This document shows, piece by piece, positions 40,710 through 50,587 of a stretch of 61,235 nucleotides of DNA. Positions within the stretch are counted from its first letter, which is position 1. Every line of letters starts with the position of its first letter. This stretch comes from an uncultured Flavobacteriaceae bacterium (GTDB lineage Bacteria > Bacteroidota > Bacteroidia > Flavobacteriales > Flavobacteriaceae): contig CAXBEL010000001.1 of the NCBI GenBank assembly GCA_963974735.1, positions 1-61,235 on the forward strand, in the 5' to 3' direction. Below the pieces are notes generated by a model. It was not told the DNA's origin and ran no database searches. It worked only from the letters and a program-made list of their open reading frames with translations. Position numbers and translations under genes: made by a program.

Positions 40710-43229
40710 ATGGCAAAAAATTTAGTAATAGTAGAGTCCCCTGCAAAGGCTAAAACAATAGAGAAGTTCTTAGGAAAGGATTTTAAAGTAGAAAGTAGTT
40801 TTGGTCACATTGCAGATTTACCCACTAAGGAGCTTGGTGTTGATGTAGATGGGGATTTCACTCCTAAATATATAGTTTCCAAAGACAAAAAATCTGTAGT
40901 AAAGAAATTGAAGGATCTGGCTAAAAAGGCTGAAATGGTATGGCTAGCTAGTGATGAGGACCGGGAGGGAGAAGCGATTGCCTGGCATTTGGCAGAAGAG
41001 CTTAAACTTGATAAGGAAAAGACGAAAAGAATAGTTTTTTCAGAAATAACAAAGAAGGCAATTCTACGTGCTATAGAAAATCCAAGAACTATAGATTATA
41101 ATCTGGTAAATGCGCAACAGGCTAGGAGAGTACTGGATCGTTTAGTGGGGTATGAAATTTCCCCCGTCCTTTGGCGTAAAGTTAAAGGAGGGCTTTCTGC
41201 AGGTCGTGTGCAATCTGTTTCTGTAAGACTTATAGTAGAGCGGGAACGGGAAATACAAGAGTTTAATACAGAAGATTATTTTAGGGTTGATGCTGAATTT
41301 GCTAATGAGAAAGGCAAATTAAAAGCTAAACTTCCTAAAAATTTAGGCACAAAAAAGGAAGCTCAGGAATTTTTAGAGGCTAATAAGGATGCTTCTTTCA
41401 AAGTTGCTTCTTTGACCACTAAACCGGCTAAGAAATCACCTGCTCCACCTTTTACAACTTCAACACTGCAACAAGAGGCTTCCAGAAAACTTTATTTTTC
41501 TGTAAGTAAGACCATGACTATGGCTCAAAGACTTTATGAGGCAGGTCTTATAACCTATATGCGTACAGATAGTGTTAATTTATCTAAGGACGCTAAAGAT
41601 GCAGCACAAGATGAGATTGTTTCTGCTTATGGTCAGAAATTTTATAAAGAACGTAGTTATAAAGGTAAGAGTAAGGGAGCTCAAGAGGCTCACGAAGCTA
41701 TACGCCCCACAGATTTTAGTAAGCATTCTGTAAATATTGATAGGGATCAAGCCAGATTATATGAATTGATCTGGAAGAGAGCAATTGCCTCACAGATGAG
41801 CGATGCCCAACTGGAAAGAACAAATGTTCAGATAGAATCTTCCAATCATCCTAGCAACTTTACTGCTAATGGTGAAGTGCTGAAATTCGAAGGGTTTCTA
41901 AAGGTTTATCTAGAAGGAACTGATGATGAAGAAATGGAAGATAGCGGCATTCTCCCTCCTTTAAAAGAAGGTGAAAACCTTGATAATTTGTGGATTACAG
42001 CAACAGAACGTTTTACAAGACCGCCCTATAGGTATACTGAAGCTTCCTTGGTTAAAAAACTGGAAGAGCTCGGCATTGGTCGCCCATCAACTTATGCGCC
42101 TACTATTACAACTATTCAGAACAGAAAATATGTTGAAAAGGGTAACGTAGAAGGTACTGAGCGGGAGTATGACCAATTAATAGTGAAAAAAGGAGTTCTA
42201 AAGGAAAACAAACTTTCAGAAAAAGTTGGATCAGATAAAGGTAAATTGGTTCCTACAGATGTGGGAATGGTTGTGAATGACTTTTTAGTAAATCATTTTG
42301 AAAATATCCTTGATTATAATTTTACGGCAAAAGTAGAGCAGGATTTTGATGAAATTGCTGAAGGTAATGAGGAGTGGACGAGGATGATGAAGGATTTTTA
42401 TAAAGACTTTCATCCTCAGGTTAAAGATGTTGCAGAAAATGCAGATCGTGAAGTGGGAGAGCGTGTTTTAGGTACAGATCCTAAAACGGGAAAACCTGTT
42501 AGTGTACGTTTAGGTAAGTATGGGCCAATGGTTCAAATAGGGAGTGTTGAGGATGAAGAGAAGCCGCAATTTGCAAGTTTATTACCAGAGCAGCAATTAA
42601 ATACACTTACTTTTGATGAAGCTATGGACCTATTTAAGCTTCCTAGGGAGTTGGGTGAATTTGAAGATGAATTGGTAGAAGTGAATAATGGCCGTTTTGG
42701 TCCTTATGTGAAATTTGGTAAAACATATGTTTCCCTTCCTAAAGGTAAGGATCCTTTAGAAGTAGATTTGGATGAGGCCATAGTTTATATAAAAGAAAAA
42801 CAAAAAGCTGATGCTCCTATTCATGAATATGAAGATAAGCCGGTACAAAAGGGAGTTGGTCGCTTTGGTCCATTTATCAAATGGGACGGAATGTTTATTA
42901 ATGTTAATAAGAAATATGACTTTGACAATCTTTCTATAGAAGATATTGAGCAATTGATAGAGGAGAAGAAACAGAAAGAAATAGATAAGGTAATACATGA
43001 TTTTAAGGATGAGGGTATTCGCGTGGAGAAAGCACGCTGGGGACGTTCAAACATTATAAAGGGAAGGACTAAAATTGAATTGCCTAAAACCGTAGATGCT
43101 CAAAAGCTTACACTTGCTGAGGTTCAGGATATTTTAGAGAAACAAGGTCCTAAAAAGAAAAAAGCAGCTAAAAAGACAACTGCAAAAAAAACAGCTACAC
43201 GTAAAAAATCCACAGCTAAAAAGAAATAA
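40710..43229 (+). CDS. topA: DNA topoisomerase I
   Basis: LVIVESPAKAKTI, DEDREGE, SAGRVQS, ITYMRTDS, GIGRPSTY, GRFGPY C-terminal repeats, Lys-rich tail. Confidence 0.97.
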   Translation: MAKNLVIVESPAKAKTIEKFLGKDFKVESSFGHIADLPTKELGVDVDGDFTPKYIVSKDKKSVVKKLKDLAKKAEMVWLASDEDREGEAIAWHLAEELKLDKEKTKRIVFSEITKKAILRAIENPRTIDYNLVNAQQARRVLDRLVGYEISPVLWRKVKGGLSAGRVQSVSVRLIVEREREIQEFNTEDYFRVDAEFANEKGKLKAKLPKNLGTKKEAQEFLEANKDASFKVASLTTKPAKKSPAPPFTTSTLQQEASRKLYFSVSKTMTMAQRLYEAGLITYMRTDSVNLSKDAKDAAQDEIVSAYGQKFYKERSYKGKSKGAQEAHEAIRPTDFSKHSVNIDRDQARLYELIWKRAIASQMSDAQLERTNVQIESSNHPSNFTANGEVLKFEGFLKVYLEGTDDEEMEDSGILPPLKEGENLDNLWITATERFTRPPYRYTEASLVKKLEELGIGRPSTYAPTITTIQNRKYVEKGNVEGTEREYDQLIVKKGVLKENKLSEKVGSDKGKLVPTDVGMVVNDFLVNHFENILDYNFTAKVEQDFDEIAEGNEEWTRMMKDFYKDFHPQVKDVAENADREVGERVLGTDPKTGKPVSVRLGKYGPMVQIGSVEDEEKPQFASLLPEQQLNTLTFDEAMDLFKLPRELGEFEDELVEVNNGRFGPYVKFGKTYVSLPKGKDPLEVDLDEAIVYIKEKQKADAPIHEYEDKPVQKGVGRFGPFIKWDGMFINVNKKYDFDNLSIEDIEQLIEEKKQKEIDKVIHDFKDEGIRVEKARWGRSNIIKGRTKIELPKTVDAQKLTLAEVQDILEKQGPKKKKAAKKTTAKKTATRKKSTAKKK

Positions 43230-43232
43230 TAT

Positions 43233-44399
43233 ATGCCTTTTGAAAACCTGCTCCCGGTTTCAGATGCTGTTGTTGCCCACACGCAGCTATTAAATAATCA
43301 GAGTTTAGGGCATATTATACGCATTCATTCTTCAAAAGAAGGAATGCCGGACATGGAAGGGGTTAAAATTGCTCTTATTGGTGTTAGAGAAAACAGGGGA
43401 GATATAGATTTATTAGAAGAGCCTATAGATTTTTCTGCTGTAAGAAAGTCTTTCTATCATTTATTTCCTGGTAATTGGCATACTGTAATTGCAGATTTAG
43501 GGGATATTGATGCAGGCGCGAGTATTAAAGACACTTTTTTTGCCGTAAGGCAGATAACAGAAACTTTAGTAAAAAAACAAATTATACCTATTTTTTTAGG
43601 AGGAACACAAGACTTGACCTATGCAATTTATCGTGCGTATGATAAATTGGATCAAATGGTCAACCTAGTTAATGTTGACAGTCGGTTTAATTTGGGTGAT
43701 AGCAATCAGCCTATGACAAGTAAGTCTTACGTAGGTAAAATTATCGTGGATCAACCTTATAATCTTTTCAATTATTCTAATATTGGCTTTCAGACCTATT
43801 TTAACAGTCAGGAAGAAATAGATCTTATGGACAAGCTTTTTTTTGATGCTTATCGATTGGGATCTGTTACCAATGATATAAGTATGGTTGAGCCGGTAAT
43901 GCGGGATGCTGATATCGTTTCCTTTGATTTGGGAGCGATTCAATCCAGTACTATGGGATTTATGCATCAAAATATACCTAATGGATTGGATGGCCGGGAG
44001 GCTTGTGCTATCTCCAGATATGCCGGGATAAGTGATCGGGTTAGTGTGTTTGGCCTTTTTGAATATGAGCTGAATAAGAATTCTGAAGCTGGTGCAGCGT
44101 TGATGGCTCAAATACTTTGGTATTTCATTGAAGGCGTTAATTATCGTGTGAATGAGAACTTGGGGGAGAATAGAAAAAACTTCTTACATTATGCCGTTCC
44201 TGTTGATGATGAGGTGCTTAGTTTTTATAAAAGTAATAAAACAGAACGGTGGTGGATAGAAATACCTTTTATGCAAGGGCTCAATAATAAATTAAAAAGG
44301 CACACGTTATTACCTTGCACATATCAGGATTATTTGAACGCTTGCGATCAGGAAATTCCAGAGAGATGGTATAAGGCAAGAAGAAAAAATGAGATATAA
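43233..44399 (+). CDS. Arginase/formimidoylglutamase-fold protein with degenerate metal ligands
   Basis: IADLGDI, IFLGGTQDLT, PNGLDGREAC, AQILWYFIEG. Confidence 0.75.
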   Translation: MPFENLLPVSDAVVAHTQLLNNQSLGHIIRIHSSKEGMPDMEGVKIALIGVRENRGDIDLLEEPIDFSAVRKSFYHLFPGNWHTVIADLGDIDAGASIKDTFFAVRQITETLVKKQIIPIFLGGTQDLTYAIYRAYDKLDQMVNLVNVDSRFNLGDSNQPMTSKSYVGKIIVDQPYNLFNYSNIGFQTYFNSQEEIDLMDKLFFDAYRLGSVTNDISMVEPVMRDADIVSFDLGAIQSSTMGFMHQNIPNGLDGREACAISRYAGISDRVSVFGLFEYELNKNSEAGAALMAQILWYFIEGVNYRVNENLGENRKNFLHYAVPVDDEVLSFYKSNKTERWWIEIPFMQGLNNKLKRHTLLPCTYQDYLNACDQEIPERWYKARRKNEI

Positions 44400-44509
44400 T
44401 CAATTGAAATAACAAGGGTTGAGCGCTTTTTTTTTATCTTAAAAATTGTTTATTAAGAATTTTATAGATAGGTTTACGCCCTCAAACCTTGAATTTAACC
44501 TAATTACCT

Positions 44510-45874
44510 ATGAAGAAGTTTGTTGCATTTATTGCGATAATAAGCTTGTTGATTAGTTGTGGTCGCAATGACCGTGGCGAGCTTGTAGGAGTAAAAGGAA
44601 AGAAATGGAACCCAGAAAAGCCTTACGGTATGACTCTGGTTTCTGGTGGCTCCTTTATTATGGGTAAAAGCGATGATGACATCGCTGCTGTCAAAGACGC
44701 CCCAACAAAAACGGTAACTGTCCGCTCTTTCTACATGGACGAAACCGAAATCACCAACTCAGAGTACAGACAATTTGTTGAATGGGTAAAAGACTCGGTT
44801 ATCCGAGCCCGATTGGCAATATTTGCAGATGAAATGGGGGAAACACCTGGTACTGGTGGTATAGGTGAATATGCATTTGTTGATAATGATCCCGAAGAAA
44901 TGAGTCCTTATGACAAGTATATGTATGATAATTATACAAGCTTTAGTGACGATTATTCTGCACGTAAATTAAATTGGGACATAGATTTAGAGGAAGATCC
45001 ACAGGATTATCCAGATGAATTTTACGTGGAGATTATGGATACTATGTATATTCCTTTAGAAGAGGCGTATAATGGACAACGTACCATAGATGTAAATAAA
45101 TTAATATATAAATATACTTATCTTGATATTGAGGAGGCCGCCAAGAAGAAAAATGGGCAGCGTAAAGACTTTATCAAGACAGAACAAGTTAAGATATATC
45201 CAGATACAACTGTTTGGATAAAAGATTTCGCTTATTCTTATAATGAGCCTATGCACAATGATTATTTCTGGCATACAGCTTATGATGACTATCCCGTTGT
45301 TGGGGTAAGCTGGGAACAGGCTAAGGCTTTCTGCCAATGGAGAACAGATAATAAAAACTCTTATAAAATGGAACGTGGCCAGCAATTGGTTAACCGTTTT
45401 AGACTGCCAAGTGAGGCAGAATGGGAGTATGCGGCGCGTGGAGGATTAGAAGGTGCAGATTACCCTTGGGGTGGGCCTTATGCTAAAAATGACCGAGGTT
45501 GTTTTATGGCAAACTTTAAACCACAACGTGGAGATTATGCAGCAGATCAAGCTTTGTACACAGTAGAAGCAGACTCTTACGAGCCTAATGATTACGATCT
45601 TTATAATATGTCAGGGAATGTGTCAGAATGGGTAGCCTCATCCTACGACCCTAACTCTTATGAATATGTATCTACTATGAATCCCAATGTTAATGATACT
45701 CAAAATCAGCGCAAAGTTGTGCGTGGAGGTTCCTGGAAGGATGTAGCCTACTTCTTGCAGGTAAGTACTCGTGATTATGAGTATGCAGATTCCGCAAGGA
45801 GTTACATTGGTTTTAGAACCGTTCAGGATTACCTGGGTGTAGATCAAGATGTAAATACCCGTAGAAACAGGTAA
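44510..45874 (+). CDS. gldK: Gliding motility/T9SS lipoprotein GldK
   Basis: Lipobox LISC; FGE-sulfatase motifs MDETEITN, RLPSEAEWEYAARGG, NMSGNVSEW, RGGSWKD; first gene of KLMN. Confidence 0.95.
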   Translation: MKKFVAFIAIISLLISCGRNDRGELVGVKGKKWNPEKPYGMTLVSGGSFIMGKSDDDIAAVKDAPTKTVTVRSFYMDETEITNSEYRQFVEWVKDSVIRARLAIFADEMGETPGTGGIGEYAFVDNDPEEMSPYDKYMYDNYTSFSDDYSARKLNWDIDLEEDPQDYPDEFYVEIMDTMYIPLEEAYNGQRTIDVNKLIYKYTYLDIEEAAKKKNGQRKDFIKTEQVKIYPDTTVWIKDFAYSYNEPMHNDYFWHTAYDDYPVVGVSWEQAKAFCQWRTDNKNSYKMERGQQLVNRFRLPSEAEWEYAARGGLEGADYPWGGPYAKNDRGCFMANFKPQRGDYAADQALYTVEADSYEPNDYDLYNMSGNVSEWVASSYDPNSYEYVSTMNPNVNDTQNQRKVVRGGSWKDVAYFLQVSTRDYEYADSARSYIGFRTVQDYLGVDQDVNTRRNR

Positions 45875-45951
45875 AACATCTTTTAAATTGAATAAATATT
45901 TTCCCAAATACTTATTACTTAACCTAATTTAAACTTAACTTAATTTTTACC

Positions 45952-46587
45952 ATGGCACAAAAAGGAAAAATTTCAACAACAAACTTCGTCTACGGGATGG
46001 GGGCAGCGATTGTGATCGTTGGGGCACTATTTAAAATTCAGCATTGGCCCTACGGTTCCGCTATTTTAACGCTCGGGATGGTTGTTGAGGCGGGAGTATT
46101 TGCATTCTCCGCTTTTGAAAAACAACAGAGTGATCTAGATTGGTCACTTGTTTATCCAGAATTGGCTGGAGAAGCACCGGCACTAAGAAAAAATCAGGTA
46201 GAATTGGTAGAAGAGCCAGAAGGTCTTCTTTCTCAAAAACTTGATGCAATGCTTCAAGAAGCTCAGATTGATGCTGAATTAATGAATCGATTGAGTGATG
46301 GAATACGCAATTTTGAAGGAGCGGCAAAAGGAATGATACCTAGTGCTGAAGCTGTAAACTCAACAAAAAAATACAGTGAAGAGATGTCTTTGGCAGCTGC
46401 GCAAATGGAATCTTTAAACAGTTTGTACAAAGTACAAGTAGAGACAGCAGGTCGTCAAGCTGAAATTAATAATGAAGTAGTTGACAATACAAGTAGACTA
46501 AAGGAGCAAATGGAAAGTTTAGCAACTAATCTTTCTTCGCTTAATGGTGTTTATGGAGGTATGTTGTCTGCAATGAACAAACGATAG
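45952..46587 (+). CDS. gldL: T9SS/gliding motor protein GldL
   Basis: YGMGAAIVIVGALFKIQHW, DWSLVYPEL, LNGVYGGMLSAM. Confidence 0.95.
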   Translation: MAQKGKISTTNFVYGMGAAIVIVGALFKIQHWPYGSAILTLGMVVEAGVFAFSAFEKQQSDLDWSLVYPELAGEAPALRKNQVELVEEPEGLLSQKLDAMLQEAQIDAELMNRLSDGIRNFEGAAKGMIPSAEAVNSTKKYSEEMSLAAAQMESLNSLYKVQVETAGRQAEINNEVVDNTSRLKEQMESLATNLSSLNGVYGGMLSAMNKR

Positions 46588-46626
46588 TTAGTTTTTCAAA
46601 AATAAAATTATAAAGAAAGACTACTT

Positions 46627-48159
46627 ATGGCAGGAGGAAAATTATCCGCAAGACAGAAAATGATCAATCTCATGTATCTGGTATTTATTGCTATGATAGC
46701 AATGAATGTAGATAAAGAGATATTGAATGCATTTAAAATATTTGACACAAAATTTACTTCTTCAAATTCGCGATTATCAGAAGATAACATGGCGGCAATG
46801 ACAGGGTTAGAGGCGAAAGCTGTTGAACAACCCGATAAATATGAGCCTCTTTTGGATAAGGCTCAGGAAGTAAAGCGCATTTCTGATGAGTTTTATACTT
46901 ATCTAGGAAATATGAAAGACACCCTTACTGCAGGTATAGATACCAGCAGCTATGCAAACTTGGACAAAACTGCGGTTTTAGATGAGCTTTGGTTTACGGG
47001 GGATCGTTACACAAAGGAAGGTGAGGCCTTTTTGGCCACATTAGATAGTTATAAGCAACGTATAGCTGATGCTCTTGGTTCAGAATTTAGTGAATTGAAT
47101 AGGCAAGTACAGCAGACATTCAATACAGATCCTCAGACCAATAAAGATGGTAAGGAGATAGCGTGGTTGCGTTACAGTTTTGAAGGTTATCCATTGGCAG
47201 CTTCTATCACGCGTTTTACACAAATGCAAAATGATGTAAAGGCGACAGAATCTGAAGTGTACTCGTCTTTATTACAAGGACAGTTAAGTGCTGATGTTTC
47301 TTTGAGTAATTATGAAGCAATTGTAATTCCTGAAAAAACAGCATTTTTCTCTGGAGAGAATTTTAAAGGGAAAGTTGTTCTAGGACGTTTTGATAACTCT
47401 TTAAATTTTGATAAAGTAGTTATTAACGGCAGAGAAGTTAATAATCTTCAGGCGGGTCAGGTTGTTCTTGATTTTCCAGCTGGCAATGTTGGCGAGAAGA
47501 ACATTAATGGAGAACTTGTTTACACAGAGGATGGAGAGCAAAAGAGCATTCCAATCCGTAGTTCATATGCTGTTATAAACAAGCCTAATAATGCTACCAT
47601 ATCTGCAGACAAAATGAATGTGGTTTATCGTGGGGTTGCTAACCCAATGACTATTAGTTTTGCAGGTGTAGCAGATAATAATGTTGCTGCTAATGCTCCT
47701 GGTTTAAGCAAGGCAAGTGGGAGTAGCTATGTGATGAACCCGGGCAATGGCCGTGAAGTGACAATTAATGTTTCAGGAACTTTAGCCGATGGGTCTAAAG
47801 TGAGTGACTCTAAGCAGTTTCGTATTAAAGATATACCAAGACCTACAGGTACGGTACGTGGCGAATCAGATATAATAAAGATGCAACGTAATGCGTTAGA
47901 GATATCAACTGTTGGAGCTAGTTTACCTGATTTTGATTTTGATTTAAAATTAAATGTAACAGGATTTAAGTTTAATGTACCAGGTCAACCTACAGTTCAG
48001 GTTAATGGTAGTAGACTTGATGCGGGCGCCAAGCGTGTTTTACAACGTGCTCAGCGTGGACAGACTGTTCAAATATTTGATATTAATGCCCAGATACAGG
48101 GTAATAGTAGTTATAAACTGAAAAAGGTATCACCTGTTTTAATAGAACTTACTAATTAA
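46627..48159 (+). CDS. gldM: T9SS/gliding motor protein GldM
   Basis: RQKMINLMYLVFIAM, ISADKMNVVYRGVANP. Confidence 0.95.
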   Translation: MAGGKLSARQKMINLMYLVFIAMIAMNVDKEILNAFKIFDTKFTSSNSRLSEDNMAAMTGLEAKAVEQPDKYEPLLDKAQEVKRISDEFYTYLGNMKDTLTAGIDTSSYANLDKTAVLDELWFTGDRYTKEGEAFLATLDSYKQRIADALGSEFSELNRQVQQTFNTDPQTNKDGKEIAWLRYSFEGYPLAASITRFTQMQNDVKATESEVYSSLLQGQLSADVSLSNYEAIVIPEKTAFFSGENFKGKVVLGRFDNSLNFDKVVINGREVNNLQAGQVVLDFPAGNVGEKNINGELVYTEDGEQKSIPIRSSYAVINKPNNATISADKMNVVYRGVANPMTISFAGVADNNVAANAPGLSKASGSSYVMNPGNGREVTINVSGTLADGSKVSDSKQFRIKDIPRPTGTVRGESDIIKMQRNALEISTVGASLPDFDFDLKLNVTGFKFNVPGQPTVQVNGSRLDAGAKRVLQRAQRGQTVQIFDINAQIQGNSSYKLKKVSPVLIELTN

Positions 48160-48170
48160 AAAATGACACT

Positions 48171-49058
48171 ATGAGTTTGAAGCAGTCATTTATCGCAATA
48201 GGAATTATTTTAGTTGGATTGACTTCTTATGGTCAAAACAATATTCTTAATGCCGTTGAACCAGACGACATGTTTGCCAAGACAGATGAACAAATTCTGC
48301 TTGACAATGATGAGCCTTTAGAATACGGTTATGTAGATAGCCGGGATGTATTATGGGGCAGAAACGTTTGGGAAATTGTCGATCTTGATGAGCGGGTAAA
48401 TTTCCCTTTGTATTACCCAACTGATTCAAATAACATAGGCTCTGACCGAAGATCTCTTTACGATGTCTTAGTGAAGAATATTAAAAAAGGTAAGATTAAA
48501 ATTTATTCTGATTCTTATTTTAATGATGAAATTGTCCTTAATGATATTGCAGCTGCAATGTCTAAAGTTGATACTACAGATTTAGGATATGAGCAGTATA
48601 ATGCAGGTGAGCAGATAGACCAACAATATATTGACAGACGGGATATTACTGCTGCAGACATTGAGCAATATTGGATAAGAGGTTATTGGTATTTTGATAA
48701 ACGCCAGGGCGAATTAAAATATCGTTTAATTGGTCTTGCTCCAGTAGCTCCAGATGTTAATTTTATTGACGATGATGAGCCGGTATTGGTTCCTTTGTTT
48801 TGGGTATGGTTTCCTGGTGCAAGAGATATTTTGCATAAGGCACAAGTATTCAACCCACAGAACTCTGCACAACCATTGTCTTTTGATCACTTGCTGAATT
48901 CTAGGCGATTTAATGGTATAATTTATCGTGTAGATAATATACAGGGTGATCGTGAGGTCAACGAGTATATAGCAGATAATGCAATGATGCAATTGCTGGA
49001 ATCACAAAGAATAAAAGAACAGATACGTAATTTTGAAAGTGATATGTGGAATTACTAA
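48171..49058 (+). CDS. gldN: T9SS/gliding protein GldN
   Basis: DLDERVNFPLYYP, WYFDKRQGELKYRL, PLFWVWFP, IRNFESDMWNY. Confidence 0.95.
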   Translation: MSLKQSFIAIGIILVGLTSYGQNNILNAVEPDDMFAKTDEQILLDNDEPLEYGYVDSRDVLWGRNVWEIVDLDERVNFPLYYPTDSNNIGSDRRSLYDVLVKNIKKGKIKIYSDSYFNDEIVLNDIAAAMSKVDTTDLGYEQYNAGEQIDQQYIDRRDITAADIEQYWIRGYWYFDKRQGELKYRLIGLAPVAPDVNFIDDDEPVLVPLFWVWFPGARDILHKAQVFNPQNSAQPLSFDHLLNSRRFNGIIYRVDNIQGDREVNEYIADNAMMQLLESQRIKEQIRNFESDMWNY

Positions 49059-49089
49059 TAGTTCGCATCTTCAAAATTTACAATAAATC

Positions 49090-49122
49090 AAAAACGCCTT
49101 TCTTTATGAGAGGCGTTTTTTT
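49090..49122 (+). terminator. Intrinsic terminator of gldKLMN
   Basis: AAAAACGCCTTTC-TTTAT-GAGAGGCGTTTTTTT. Confidence 0.85.
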
Positions 49123-49140
49123 ATACCTTATTTTTACGAA

Positions 49141-50199
49141 GTGAAAGAAGTAGATTATATAGTTGTGGGTTTAGGTCTTGCCGGGATGGCTTTTTGTGAG
49201 CAGTTGGAGAATCACAATAAAAGTTATGTTGTTTTTGATTATAGTGATGGAGATACGGCAAGCAGAGTAGCTGGCGGTCTTTATAATCCTGTTATTTTAA
49301 AACGCTATACTTTGCCTTGGATGGCTGCTGAACAATTAGATTTGGCCAGTACTTATTTTAAAAATCTTGAAATTAAGTTAGGTGTAAAAATTATTTATGA
49401 TCTGCCTGTTCTAAAAGTTCTTTCTTCTGTTGAAGACCAGAACAATTGGTTTGAAGCCTCGGATAAAAAGGGTGTTTCCCGTTTTGTGAATTCAGATTTA
49501 TATAGAAAGGAATATCAATATATAAACGCACCTTTTCATTATGGAGAAGTAAAAGAAACAGGACGAATAGATATAAGTATATTGCTTAATACATACTGTG
49601 ATTATTTAGAAAAGACCAGAAAATATGTAAATAAGATATTTGATTATGAAGCTCTTGAATTAAAGGATGAGTCAGTTAAATATGATGATATTATTGCAAA
49701 GCGTATTGTTTTTTCAGAAGGTTTTGGTATTAAACAAAATCCTTTTTTTAGTGCCCTTCCTCTAGTGGGAAATAAAGGGGAATATATAACCATTAAGGCT
49801 CCCAATCTTAAATCCAATGCTGCTATAAAAAGTTCATTTTTCATTATCCCTTTAGAGAATGACCTTTACAAAGTAGGAGCGACTTTCAATTGGAAAGATA
49901 AAGATACTGTGCCTTCTCAAGAGGCACGTGAAGAGCTGGTCCAAAAGCTTAAAAAATTAATTAGTTGTGAGTTTGAAATTGTTAATCATGAAGCAGGAGT
50001 AAGACCGACCACAGGGGATAGAAGACCATTATTAGGTATTCATCCTAAATTGCCACAATTAGCTTTATTAAATGGGTTGGGGACACGTGGTATTATGATG
50101 TCTCCATTTCTGGCTAAAATGCTTTATAATCATTTAGAGGAAGGTAAAGCCTTAATGTCTGAAGTGGATATTAATCGATTCCCAAAGAAGCTTAATTAA
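49141..50199 (+). CDS. FAD-dependent oxidoreductase (DAO/glycine oxidase-like)
   Basis: GTG start; IVVGLGLAG, ASRVAGG, AGVRPT, NGLGTRG. Confidence 0.85.
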   Translation: MKEVDYIVVGLGLAGMAFCEQLENHNKSYVVFDYSDGDTASRVAGGLYNPVILKRYTLPWMAAEQLDLASTYFKNLEIKLGVKIIYDLPVLKVLSSVEDQNNWFEASDKKGVSRFVNSDLYRKEYQYINAPFHYGEVKETGRIDISILLNTYCDYLEKTRKYVNKIFDYEALELKDESVKYDDIIAKRIVFSEGFGIKQNPFFSALPLVGNKGEYITIKAPNLKSNAAIKSSFFIIPLENDLYKVGATFNWKDKDTVPSQEAREELVQKLKKLISCEFEIVNHEAGVRPTTGDRRPLLGIHPKLPQLALLNGLGTRGIMMSPFLAKMLYNHLEEGKALMSEVDINRFPKKLN

Positions 50200-50587
50200 A
50201 ATTTTTAGCTTTCTCCTTATCATAACTCATAAATAGATTGATCCAAATATTGCGGGAAATCCTTAGGATAACAGGAAAAAGAATAAGTAATGTTCCCACA
50301 ATAGCCAAAAAGGAAACCATAAGGCCAGCACCTAAAAAGTAGTGCGCTATAATAAAAGCGGCTACGGCGCAAGCTATCCCAACACCATAACTTACATACA
50401 TTGCTCCATAGAAAAATGAAGGTTCAATTTTAAATTTCGTGTTGCAGTGGCTGCATCTTTCGTGCATTTCTTGCATCGTTCTAAGGTTGTATGGATTGGG
50501 ATTAACATACATTTTACCTATATGGCAAACAGGACATTTACCTGTGAAAATACTGTATAATTTACTTCCTTTTAAGAGTTGAGCCAT
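50192..50587 (-). CDS. DUF983-family membrane protein with a Zn-ribbon
   Basis: CPVC...CSHC, EPSFFYGAMYVSY, two TM helices. Confidence 0.8.
   Translation of the reverse strand: MAQLLKGSKLYSIFTGKCPVCHIGKMYVNPNPYNLRTMQEMHERCSHCNTKFKIEPSFFYGAMYVSYGVGIACAVAAFIIAHYFLGAGLMVSFLAIVGTLLILFPVILRISRNIWINLFMSYDKEKAKNFN

Noticed and set aside
44510-44758. Antisense ORF explaining the gldK codon bias
   Set aside because: The codon-aligned antisense frame is open but has no ATG/GTG/TTG start in this stretch
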